From Trichosphaerium sp. ATCC 40318 (taxonomy: Eukaryota > Protista > Tubulinea): a stretch of 64,000 nucleotides of DNA. The translations under genes were made by a program, and so were the position numbers. Shown one piece after another: positions 39,460-51,806 of this stretch. The stretch lies in NCBI GenBank assembly GCA_038496445.1, contig JALMLS010000438.1:62001-126000 (forward strand). The letters are read 5' to 3'. How positions within the stretch are numbered: position 1 is the first letter of the stretch; each line of letters opens with the position of its first letter. The notes under the pieces are model-generated. The model was given only the letters and a program-made list of their open reading frames with translations. It was not told the DNA's origin and did no database searches.

Positions 39460-42400
39460 ATGCGTTGTGTTGTTTTTCTATTGGTATCAATAGCGCTAGT
39501 AGCCTATGTCAATGGCGCTTCGAGGCCTACTGCATCTGTACCTAACTGCGATGCTTCTTCTCCTGAGTGGGGATGTCCTCCTGGTGATTACAGAGTATTC
39601 AGAAATGGTAGAGTCGACAGACTTACCTGCAACAAAAGACCTGAACCTCGCATGTCGTGGGCAACAAAAGTAGTTCGCTCAAACGCTTATACAGTATGGG
39701 CTGGACCTGAAGATAGCAAGCTCGCGCAGTACATACCGGAGACAGTCATGGATATTTCTATTCGTGTAAACAACTATGCCTTCAAGTACCGCGGTATTCT
39801 GATCTATGCTGAAGACTCTAAGAAGAACAGAGTCGGAGAGTGGCTTCTACCAAATGAAAAAAATCGCACGTGCACTTTTTTTTTTGGCTTCGTTTTGTTG
39901 TTGTGTTCGAAGTCCCATTCTGATTTTTATAATAGCGCTCTTTCAACTTCCATGGCCTAATAGCCACAGCTGTCGACAGAGTTTAACCCACAACACTGCA
40001 GAAGTAAAGCCTTTAAAGTCTACTTGGAAATGGAAGGCTCCTAAACGTGGCACTGGAACTGTTACTTTCCATGCGTTGATCAAAGAAGGTGATGCCAATA
40101 CTGGTGCTTTCTACTGGCCAAACGGAAATGCTGGCCCTCTTAAACTCACTCAATCTGCAAGGAACAAGCCAGTACAAACATGGTATCAGAGCAAGGCACG
40201 TTGTACTTTTTTGGTGTTTTTTTAATAATTGCGATTTTGTCTGTTCATTTACAAGTTTACTGACTTTTTTGTTGTTTAGCGTTCACAATCTTGTACCGAA
40301 AGATGTAGAGAAGTTGATGCTAGCCTCAAGTGTGATCGTGTCCACATGGAGCGCGTTAACAGCCCAACAAGGATCGAGCAGCTCCTCCTTCCACAAGGAT
40401 TCCCTTGCAAACTTCCTTATGTCAGCGGATGCAGTAATCGTGGACCTACAATGGGCACTGATGGATTATGTTACTATGATGATACCAGATGCGCAGCACA
40501 AGGACGTAATACGCAACAAGTAACTTGTGATTCAAAGACTGGCGATGCTAGAGTTGGGTATGGAGCGAACGAGTTTCTTTATATTTACGTTTCTTCACGA
40601 TTATAGTACTTACACTTTTCTTCCAGACTCAGAATGTGCAAATGTCTTCGTAACACTCTTCCTCCTGCCAATCCCGGTAGAACTGTCGTTGCTGCAAGAG
40701 GCGCAACGTCATCTGCTACAAAATCGACAGTATCTTTATTGTTCATTGCTCTCGCTGTCCTGGGCTTGACAATGCGTTCTGGTGGAAAGATTACAACTTC
40801 AATCGTATTGGCTCTCTTCCTCGTTGCTTTGGTTTCGTTCCCAACCGCCCAAGCCCATAACTGGCAATACGGTATTGGAAGAAGCGCAGATATTGCTAGC
40901 ACTCAAACACCATGTCCATCAAGAATACAGGCAGGCCCACAAGTTCAAGTTGGACCAAACCAGAAATTTCAAATCGAATGGGCTGTTGGGCACATTACTC
41001 CATCCTACTACGTCATTGTCAAGTCAACAAACGAAGACAGACTTAGAGAAGTTTCTTTCGACTCTTTGGATACATATCTGAGAGAAGCACCTAATGCTCG
41101 TTGCCAGAACTTACCTGTGTACCACAGACGTTTCAGAGCTCGTGGAGGTGACTTCAATCCTCATTCTCAGTACTACAGCGGTGAGATACCTCAAAACTCT
41201 CCTAACTTCATACCAAGACCATCTGTGTATGGTCTATGGGAAGATGGTGCCAAATTATTCGGATACAAGGACAACCTCGAAGTCAGAAATTACTGCGAAT
41301 ACGAAAACAACAAAATGCCTTTCATTGAAGGTGTATTCAAGTTTGATCATTTTGTACACAGACCACTAGATGCTGATATGGTACAACTATCTATTCCTGG
41401 TAGAGGTGGAGTCGGTGCATACACTGTTCAATGGTTATGGAGAGGTTATCGTGATTGTATTGATGTTGATTACAGACCTAATGCAGTAAGCAATATTTAC
41501 GGACTTCCAAATCCAGACGGTGGTTACACGTGCGTTTGTGTTTCTTTTTATGTTAACATTCTTGCTTTATTCTCACTTGTATGAATATTTATTCACTTTA
41601 TACTTAGCCGCGTTGATCACTGTTACTTCCCAGATCCTATAATGGTGTTCGGTAAGCCTTTTATTTATCGCAAGATTGTCCACTTAATGGTTTGAATAGA
41701 TTGCTTCAGAGTTTTCAATGATCTCAGTACTTGCGAAAGACTGTGTGATAACAGAAACGGAAATTGCGCTGGATTTACTGTCATGCCAAGAGTACTTAAG
41801 CCGAACAGATACAATCAACAAGCGAATCTATTACCTCAAATATGCAAAGATAACATCAAAACAAATCAACTCGGAGAACCTGCACAAAATGTTGATATTT
41901 GTATCGTAGTAAGACCAAGAAGAGCAACAGAAACATTCGGTCCAACAGCAGTTGTCAAACCCGGAGATCCTGCTTATCAAGCGACGTGCTATCGTAAAGG
42001 ATCAGGAAGACTCTTTGATAACTTTACTCCTGCACCACAACATCAAGACATTGCATGGAGACATGGAGATGAATGTATTTCTTGTGATTCTGTCAACTTA
42101 AACAAAAACATTACACGTATTCCTAAATGGCCGATGATAAACGACTGCAGAAACTGTGACTTGGAACCAAAGGGAAACACACCAAAGTTCAATCCTTCAT
42201 ATCTTACAAACAGAAGAAGAAATGTTTTCTGCGACGGATTCAATGGAGGCTTCGAAAATCTTCGAGAGGAATCAAACAATAGACATCACAAATGCCAGGG
42301 TGACTCTTACAAGACATGTCACAAGAAAGTGCTAATGAGAGGTCGACATGCCCCATGGAATGAACGTCTATTTCCTTCTGAGTGCGCTGAAGCAGCAAAC

Positions 42401-42586
42401 CGTGATCCAGAATGCTCAACCCAGATTTACACTTCCGATCTTCCTTCTATCACACACAAATCAGTGACAGCTGTAAATTGTTATTGTGTTACAAAGCGAG
42501 CTTGTTGTAGAGGATGTAGAACAAGAACACCAGGTAACAATGCCAGTCGTTGGAGCGTATGGGATCTTGTTCGCGGTACAAGCTAG
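39460..42586 (+). CDS. Secreted Cys-rich protein: Reeler domain + internal TM/second signal peptide + His-brace/LPMO-like domain + Cys-rich tail
   Basis: Signal peptide; Reeler motifs YRGILIYA..VGEW..C.QSLTHN..WKWKAP..GTVTFHALI. Two hydrophobic stretches end in AQA-HNW, followed by IEWAVGH and YTVQWLWRGYRDCIDV. Five introns, two of them GC-AG. Confidence 0.8.
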
Positions 42587-43435
42587 AGAAGTAACACAAA
42601 GATAAGAAAGCCATATGTTGTTGTAATCATTACAATGAAATAAATCACTATTCACCCGTCAAATTCTATACATGTCTTATGGTCCAAGAATTGATTTCCT
42701 TAAAATAGTTCCAAAATTTAAGTGAGGAAGTTATTGTTGACGAGTTTTTTTTTGGCTCATCTTCTTTAGTTTTAATTTCATTAAGTTAGATAACATAAAA
42801 CCAGAACAACTAACTACCACGCCAAAAACTCTTTGTTACATATGGCATTATTGAAGGTGCTTGGTAATGTAACCACATTTTCTTGCAGCATCAGCTAACT
42901 TTCTTTTCAACTACAACTTTAATGACTACTATGTGAAACATAACTTTGACTTGCTGTTTCAAACAGCTTGTAGGGCATTTGTTCACTTTGCTACATACGG
43001 ACAGTTCGAACGCAGGTTTTTTTCAAGTATTTGATCTACGCTACTATACGCATTCACAAAGATTTGAGTGACGCTTTTGGTCATAAATATCCTATTTGGC
43101 TGGAACCTTTATAGTAAGATATACACTAAGGACATAATATATTGTAGATCCTATTGAGAAACCCTTCCCCCATATCTTATTCACTTGTACATATGACTGC
43201 ATATATTGCCAGCTAAATAGTTAATATGCAAGGCAATGTCGCACGCTATAACCAACGCTATCACATTTTATGTCATGAAAAGCCTCAGGCCACTAGAACA
43301 TTGCTACAAAGCACAAGTCACTAATAATAGCGCTGAGGGAAATGCAACAGCATAGATAAATGACTGATTTATTAAAGCACTAAGCTGTGCGTGGGATTTA
43401 TCCGTATTTGTGCTGGTACAAAGAGCTGTTTTGTA

Positions 43436-46222
43436 CTAACAAACTTTGTGTTGCCTGTTTTCATCTTTTGTTTTTTGACGTTTTTTTTGTCTCTGGTCAT
43501 CTTTTTCTGCGCTGGGTGTTTCTAGAGTCTCCTTTGGGAGTGGTCTCCTTCGTTTGCCGTTTGCATTTCGATCCTCTCGTTTACCCTCTGTACTCAGATT
43601 CGCATGTTTGCTTCCTGAAGTTTGTTTCTGGCGATTACTATTTGCACTAAAGGTACAAGCCCTAAGAAGGTCATCTACAGTAATATTCTCCGCAATAGCT
43701 TCAAGCGTTTCAATAATAGTAGTGACAGGATTTGAAGATTCTTTATCTGGACGTAGTGTATGATACCTCCATACACCATGCTTAGGATCAAAAGAAAACT
43801 CAGCAATAATAACTGTACTATTATCCTTATCAGGATAGACATCTTCTATATCAGATAATAGCATATTATGTTCATCTGGTAATAACATTACATTCCTCTT
43901 TGTAAGCGTGCCTTTATGACCTGAATGAGTGCAGATAAAATTCCATAACTGCGTGTTTTCTATTTTTTCAATTTTGAAATCCATTGTTTGTTTTTCAAGG
44001 AATTTCCATTTAAATAGGTTATTTGTAACGAAACATGAGTATGGTCCTTCGGGAGTGAATATTATTCCATCCGTTTTATGTGTTCTCGTTGCATTATCAT
44101 TAAACACAAGATTGACGAGGTCCATTTCTTTCAGTAGTAATTTGAAGTCTTTTTTTTCATAAAACTTTTTCGAGTTAGTAACAAATGGATCTTGTGGTGT
44201 TTTGTTTTGTCTTGTTTTTGTAATAATACTTTTAATGCGCCCCATACGCTCAATAAGGGGTTCATCACCTACATATTTACTGCGGTATGACATGATATCA
44301 AAGACGAGAAATTGTGGCATCTTTTTTTCTCCTAAATTTCTAACTAACTCTCCATCAAGCAATGTCACTTTATTCCCGCCATCTTCACCATCAGTATCAG
44401 ATAGTATTTTTTGAAGGAAAGGGAATTTAACCTATATACATATGAGCATTGTAACTATAGAAGATCTCCAAAAAAAGAAGAAAATAAGAAGAAAAAAAAA
44501 AGGTACTACGTACTTCATAGACATTGAACTTTCTTGTAATTAAATAAACGCCTTTAGAGAATATGAGAAGGAAGAAACGCTCTCCATCTGTTTTCTCAGA
44601 TACACGATATTGCCCATATCGTATTGTACGTAACGCTGCTTTACCGAATGATACAGGCATAGAACCCTAAATCCATCATTAATTCAAAAGAGAGAAGCCT
44701 CGAAAAGTATAGCCTTGAAACACTAGTTTGATGGAAATTGTTCGTGCTTTAAGTACAAGGCAATGTAGTAAAAGATAATAAAAATAATGACGTACAGGAA
44801 AACGCTTAATGCTACCATAAACCCTTTCTGGAAAACAATCAAGACATGCCTTTATAGCATGCTAAAAACAAAACCATGTTTAGAATATAAGTAGATCTTA
44901 ATCATCGAAGATAATAGAGTCACAACAACGTACTTTGGCAACACTTGAGATCTTCTTTAGTTCTTTTGTATTAATAAGTGTATTTACGAGACTTTTTTCT
45001 CTTTGTACTGTATTGATTGTACGCTCTATCATCAGTATTATGTTGCAAGCACTTTTAAGTATATCTGTGCGTTTCTTCTTGTTATGGATATCTTTAACTC
45101 GTGAAAGCAATTCAATCTCTACTTCGTAGCTACGAATAGGGCGTTCTATACGCGGATAATATGCACTGACTTGAGTGATATCAATACGCCAGTAGGGCCT
45201 GTGAGGGTCACTGAACTCCCATCGTCTCTAAATAATTAAGTGATGATATAAATACATCAACGCTACTCTGTAGTATCGGTAGAGTGAATGGATAAGGTTG
45301 AGAATTTTTTACATTCTCTGAGAGAATAAAAGAAAACAATGAATATGTTTTGGCTTTTTCTGTTGTACCTTTCCTCTCTTTAGAGACCAATTGTTTGGAA
45401 TAGCCTCAGTGTATTCTGTCTCTTTTGTTTCAGTACATGACGAGCACCTATAGTAGAATTAGTCAATACTAGAGCTAAAACAGCAAAAACAGAGATACGA
45501 AATTGGAACTGTTCCAAATTTGAAAACTCTTGACATACCGCCATGTGTACTTATCGTGATTAAGGTTTACATTACCACTTCGTTTTTTGGTGATCTTAAA
45601 AGTACCTCCTGTCGTCGCATCAACAGTTATACGATCCTTTCCATACGTCTGCGCGAAAAAAGGTTAAAAAAAGCCAATACAGCGTTTCAGTCGCTCGGGT
45701 AGCGGTTTAGTAATAAAAGCAGCCTGAATACGCTAAAATCAATCTCAAAAACTGAAAACGGAGCTTGAGCTTCTCGGCAGTAAACTTATACTGTAACAGT
45801 GCCCGGGCGTAGGATAAGCCGTACGTTCGTATCAAAGTAATAATCAACAGTTTCACTCTGTTTCCCTCGAAAACGTCTCGAAAGGTGGTATACAAGGTAT
45901 TGAAACTTCCTTTTCGATAATCCAGGCAAGTAATGCCCATCTACCGTTCTTCCCAACCGAATTTCTATCTCAGCGGGTGCATTGGCTATCAGTGATGTTA
46001 CAGATACGTTGATTAAACTACTAACAAACGCAGTACCATTTTCTCTGCCGTGTGTTTTCAAAAACTTCTCAAGGTCAATGTAGAGGTCCGCAGACGCGTC
46101 TTTTTTGGCTTGTCTGGTACAACAATAAGCACAAACCTTAAAAAAAAACATAACTCTGCTTGAGCCTTTTGTTTAGCTATTAAATCGCTAAGAACGGATA
46201 TACGCGGAGCAGGTGCTGCCAT
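43436..46222 (-). CDS. Bifunctional mRNA capping enzyme: TTM/CYTH RNA triphosphatase + guanylyltransferase + OB fold
   Basis: TTM motifs EIEIRLG and YEVEIEL; GTase motifs SEKTDG (KxDG), LLDGELV, FLVFDI, TDGIIFTP, FKWK and RPDK..SN; basic C-terminal tail. Confidence 0.92.
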
Positions 46223-47135
46223 TATAGCAAAAGCTTTAAGAATGAGCTAAAGACAAAACTGAACGAAAAGTTTTTGAAAATTAAAAGCTCGCTCTATGCG
46301 AATGCTTCCTTTCTTAGGAAAATCAAATGCAATGCGTAGTGGTTTGTTACGTAAACGCCTCGAATCTGTTGATTGAAAGAAGTGGGACTCTTTTTTTGGT
46401 TTATTGCTCACAGAATTGAGTTAACTGCTTACCACAGCATTACAGTAGCGTAAAGTGAGGAAATGGAAGACCTCCAGGTCCTTGGGTTACTGTCAGACGC
46501 AAAACAATAAATTTTGAGATTACGCCAAAAGCAAGGTTGTACGCTATCATCGTAACCGTACCAGACCTGAGTATTTTTCTAGTTATCCATGGTGACTGTA
46601 GGTATCTCCAGAGCCGCTTGCAAGACGTCAGTCGCTAAACAAGCAATTTAAATTAAAGAATTTTTACAATGTGGCACCTTTCGCCTTGACCAGGTTCTTC
46701 AACCTCTGGAGCATCTGGTAGTTGCAACAACCAAGTACGTTTCATAGATGAAGGAAGCTGTCAACTTTCTTGTCTTGTCATCGCCCTTTGACTTACGCCC
46801 TCCGATTTCCTCTCAACAGCGTAATTTCTTTTGCGCCTATTTCTATGCGTCAAGTTGTATGGGCGTAGACTTCTCGTTGCTTCCTTCTGCCATTGATTGT
46901 CGTACATCACGTATTTAACGTACAGTCGTACCGCTTGTTGATTCGTTTCTTTACATCTTGTACAGAGCAATCTAAGTGATTTGGTCATCAGTGCTTATAA
47001 CAGTGCTTTTTTAGCTGCCCGCTTGCTAACCAGCATGTTGGCGCTTGATTTACACTGATACCAGCAACTTGCTCAAAACCCAAGCAAAAGACTTCACTTT
47101 CTTTACTGTAGGCGTCATCAACCTCAAGCAACCTA

Positions 47136-47188
47136 TTTAGAGCCTTTCTGAGGGTTTTTGGTTCTGAAGCCCTCGGAAATACTTTAAA
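47136..47188. repeat. Dispersed imperfect hairpin repeat (related copies at 19777-19800 and 57269-57322)
   Basis: tttagagcctttctgagggtttt is shared exactly with 19777. It pairs imperfectly with aagccctcggaaatactttaaa; 57269-57322 is a diverged reverse copy. Confidence 0.55.
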
Positions 47189-47765
47189 TGTTGAAGTGTT
47201 ATTTCGTACTTGTTCTTGGAGGTGTTGTTGTACGAATAAAACAAGTTGTTAGCGAAAAATCTTGACTTAGAATGTGCAAGCGTTAAAACCGTTTAATACG
47301 CCGTACGCGTAAGCGATATGATTGCAACGCGAGTTTCAGAGGCTGTCAAACTTTGCAACATAAAAACCATGTCACGTTGAAAACCCAAAAAAGTGCACTC
47401 TGACGCCAGTGCACGCTCCTGTAAATACGATAAACGTAAAAAAAACAGAACAAGCACGAAAATGTTGCTGCCCACACAACCTAAACGATGCGTTAGTAGT
47501 TCGTTCAAACAACAAAAAAAAGTAGGTTGTATACAAACAACCTATCGACATAACACATTGAACAGCAATAAAAAAAATTGAGCTGACAGTAGTTTTGATC
47601 ATGTTGACAATCGTTAAGGGTAGTACGAAAGGGCTGATCTGAATAGCAAGATACTAAGAAAGTAAGGAAACAGAAGAAAATAAAAGACGAGGGTTTATGT
47701 AACTTTGTTTATTTATAAAAAGGCGTCGTTACAACGAAGGAATTAGTTACAATTCAGCAAACTTG

Positions 47766-50700
47766 TTAGAACAAGAAAGCAATAAGAGCAGCAACCAAAA
47801 AGAACAAAGGTTGAACGAATGAAACACCGCTAGTAGAGGCAGGTGCTTGCATTCTTACATCAGCGGAAGCAGATGCAGCTTGTGTACTTGGAGTTGTAAT
47901 CTCCAAAACGGACTTCTTTGTGAAACCAGTCCATTGTACTTCAATGGATTCTCTCATTGTCCACCATGTAGCTGGCTCGTTAGGTCCAATGTTGATATCA
48001 ACATCAGTAGGGTCGACAATACAGCAGTATACACATGGTTTGTCGCAGTCACCTTGTGGGACAACAACACGTTGGCATACGGTTGTTGGGTAATCGACAA
48101 GAGGAGCAGGTGTACCGGTGACCAAAAGTCTTTCACCGGCAGAGAATTTTGTCAAGACGAGGTCATCAATAGCTGGGACACCTTCACAAGCAATGTTTGT
48201 TGGGTTTGTTGCTTTAACTTCGAATCTGAGTTTCATGTCATCAGTACCGAAGAGGTATGTCTTGATGGTATCAGACCAGTCAGAAACGTATGAAGCAAGT
48301 TCAACACCACCGACAACAACTTCTTGACGGATATCATCACAGGATTGTGTACCGACAATATCGACGTTGAGTTCAGCTTCTCTGGTTGTGTTGTTGACGC
48401 AGAATTCAGGCCACAAGATACGAGCACCAGCATCACAAGTATAGTGAAGGTTGGTGAAGATGTATGAGTATCTGTTTGTGAGCATGTCGCAGTCTTCGAA
48501 GAAAACACGGATTCTTTGTGTGCAAACTTGTTCGCCCAAAGTAGTGGTTGGGTTAGAGTCGTTGTATTGACCGACACAAGTGTTTTCGATGGTGTAATCA
48601 ACTTCGAGAGGAGATCCAGTGGATTGACGGACGAGTTTACCAACACCAACTTCAACGAGCTCGAAAGGAGCACGGAGACCAGTCTTTACTTCGAATTCCC
48701 TGAAAAAAAGAGTAAGGATTGATGTTTTTTAACGTTTTGGTTAAATAAGACGTACCAAGAACCAGAAGAGGCTTGTTGGGTACCGTTTGCGTCAAAGAGA
48801 GGGTCGAGAGAGTATTTCAAGAGTGGAATGACAGCAGCCCATTGTACATCAGGTGGAGCGACGTAATCGACGGTTACTTCACCGGTAAGGATCCATGGGG
48901 TGACAAGGACGATTCTGTGTTCATCACCAGCGAGACGGAAAGCTCTGACACCGAGGGTGTGTGCTTCAACGTTGTAGAATCTGTCGACGGAGAATTCGAA
49001 TTCGTAGATTTTGTAGCAAGTACCAGATTGACACAAGTCAGGATCACAAGCAGAGTTGGTTGGGGAAGCTTCTGGTTGGTTGTTTTCGGAACAGTAGACA
49101 CGTGTGTGACATCCTTCAGATACGAGGTCAGCAACGTTCCACTCAGCTTGGTAAGTAGATCTGCAGTCTTCGTTGAAGTTTGGTTCTTGGACGGCCCATG
49201 GAGCATCACCGGAAGTCTTGAATGGAGTGTAGTCGCATACACGGTCTGGACGTGGGATGGTTGAGTATTTCTCAACAACGTATGGTTTGAAGGTAACAGT
49301 TGTGTTCAAAGCGTAGTTGTGTGGATCGTGGACGATGGTTTCTTCCCATGGAGCAGTAACCTTAAGGTTTAAGCGACCAGAGGCGAGTGTGGCATCAATG
49401 GTTGTGTCGAACAATGAAGTTAGAGGGGAAACCTTAGATGGAGCACAGAGACCAGTTCCGTTATTGTTAACAGCGGTTTCTGGAATACATTGACCTGAAA
49501 GAAAAAAAATAAGCATTTTTTTCAAAGAGTTTGATGACGGGTAGGAAACATAAAAAAAAAACCAAAAAACAAAAAAAACAATAACGTACCGATGTATGAA
49601 GGGATTGGGATGGCAGAGAGTTCAGTCTCGAGTTTTGTTTCAATAGCAGCAGAGAAAGCGCCAAAGTTGTTGGCAACATTCAATACAAAGCTATCAGTAC
49701 CAGTAATAATGCGGGTTTGGAAACATGTGATGATAGAACTGAATCTTTCAACGACAACAGCATTGACAGTGTAACCTTCAGCTGTAGCAAGATTTTTTCC
49801 TGTGCTTGGCTCGTTGGAACATCCATCTCCAGAGATATCAATAATGACCTTTTGTGGTGAAAGGTTTGCAGCAGAGATGTAAGTTTTGGTGAATTGAACA
49901 GAATTTGACAAAGCTGCAGAAACAGCAGTTCCGGCGTTGAATGGTCTTGATGTAAGGGTTCTTAGTCTTTGACCGTATGCAATAGCATCAGCAGCGTTGC
50001 AAAGAACAGTCCAGTCTCCATTGAAAGTAGGTCTGAATTGACTGCTTGAAGAGAAGAATTGGAGACTGACGTGAGTACAGACACCAGAGTCAACAATCAA
50101 ATTTTGGATGGTTGAAGAGAATTCGAATGCGTTGGCGTAACCAGTGATCATTTGATTCCATTCGTTGGTGCTGATGGATCCAGAGTCATCGACAAGGAGG
50201 GATAAGACGAGATCTCCTGTGGTGGAACCAGCAGTTGAACCGGAACCGGATGGAGTGTATGCGTTGCTTCCATCGGTGAAAGTACCGTCAACAGACCAGT
50301 AGAGGGATGGGAAGACCTGTGGGTCGTTGATGTTCAAGTTGATGGATTGAACACCTTGGGAAGTGACATTGACGCAGTTTGTACCGTCGTTGACGGAACC
50401 AGAAGCAGTGTTGGATGTATCTCTGAGGGTTTCAGAGACAACTTCAGGCCAAGCGGTGTATGTGACGTCAAGATCGCAAGTAGCTGGATCAGCAGATGTA
50501 CGGGAGTTTACGCCATCGTAGTTGAAGAATGTACCAAAGCTAGGAAGAATAGAGTAAGCACATAGATTTTTTTTTGCAAAAAAGTGAAAAATGTTGACGA
50601 AAAACGAAGAAATAAAAAATAATACGGTAGTTCTTCTTTTTTCTTTTGTTTTAGAGTTTTCTTTCTTCTTGAAAAAAAAAGACGCAAAAAACGTACTTTG

Positions 50701-51806
50701 GTGCGCTGAATTGGTAACGACCAGGAACGCGTGGGAAGAAAGCGTCACCGAGATCACAGTAATCGACACAAGATGTGACAATAAAGTTGGAGTCACGTTG
50801 TACGTTTCCTGGGTTTCCAGTGGAACCAACCTTTTTCATCCAACCCCATACGGAGGTTTGTTCAGGAGTAGAACCGAAACCAGTTCCCATAGCAGTAGCG
50901 TATCCACGGACAGGTGAAGTCAATTCATCAAAAGCAATGCTAAAACACGAAAGTAAGTAAAAACAAGTTTTTTGATAGATTTCGACGAAATAAAAAAAAA
51001 AAGGTGAACTTACAAGGTGATGACGCTTCCAGCAGTGTCTTTACCTTTAAGGTAACCAGAGGCGGAAGTTGATACCCAAGTACGTGTGTTTTCTGGGTCG
51101 TATGAAGTAGCATTTGTGGTTACAGGAGTAGCGAGCTTTGCGAACTCAATGGTGTACTTCAAGATGTATTGTGAAGCTTGAGCTGGGATCCAATCGAGGT
51201 TGGAGTCAGCAGGTCCACCGTAAACCATACCGAAAACGGTCATGGTAGCTGTTTGGTTATCTGCGGCCAAGTCGTAGTATGCGCGAACATCGGCGTATTT
51301 TGTTCCCAAAACTGAGTAGTCGCATGAGAAAGCAGCAGGTTCAGCACCTGATACTGTTGTGAAGATATCATCCATACGGATGCAAATTTTTTCGTTTGTT
51401 TGGTTTCCGAGTGTTGTACCACTAGTTAAAAGTTAGAAGGGGGTAACTAAGGCGATAAAAGGGTTTGTTTTTCAAGTAGAGATATTCGCGAGTAGCGAAA
51501 ACGAAAAGAAAAAAGCGAAAACCGAAAGCGTTCGAGTGTAACGAAAGGCGCGAAATCGAGAAAGAAAAAGAGAAAGGGTGTGAGCGTACACAGCATCTTC
51601 TACGCGGTAGATACCAGCGAGATCTGGGGTGAAGGTACCGCCATGTTGGCAGTAACCATCTTTACCTGCGAAGGCAAGTGCAAAAAGAGCACAGAGAACA
51701 ACAACTAAAGTTGAGTAAGTTTGCGTAAAGGTTTCGGGTTGTAAAGAAAGTCTTTGTTTCAAACTACTTTTTGGAGTATAAACATTGTTTACGTACGCTT
51801 TAGCAT
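47766..51806 (-). CDS. Large secreted, probably GPI-anchored surface glycoprotein containing a DUF1194-type vWA domain
   Basis: Spliced signal peptide MLKLVVLCALFALAFA; LLVDDSGSISTNEW..TAVSAAL..IIDISGDGCSN..FSAAIETKLETEL; Cys/Thr-rich body; C-terminal hydrophobic GPI-type signal ASTSGVSFVQPLFFLVAALIAFLF*. C-ending codon bias suggests high expression. Confidence 0.85.

Noticed and set aside
43436-46222. Endogenous giant-virus insertion suggested by the capping enzyme, LRR and ankyrin genes
   Set aside because: Genes are intron-rich and mixed with eukaryotic housekeeping genes; no capsid, polB, packaging ATPase or other NCLDV core genes seen.
46440-46990. Short basic ORF (46761-46988) upstream of the capping enzyme
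   Set aside because: No motif support; cannot be distinguished from a chance ORF.
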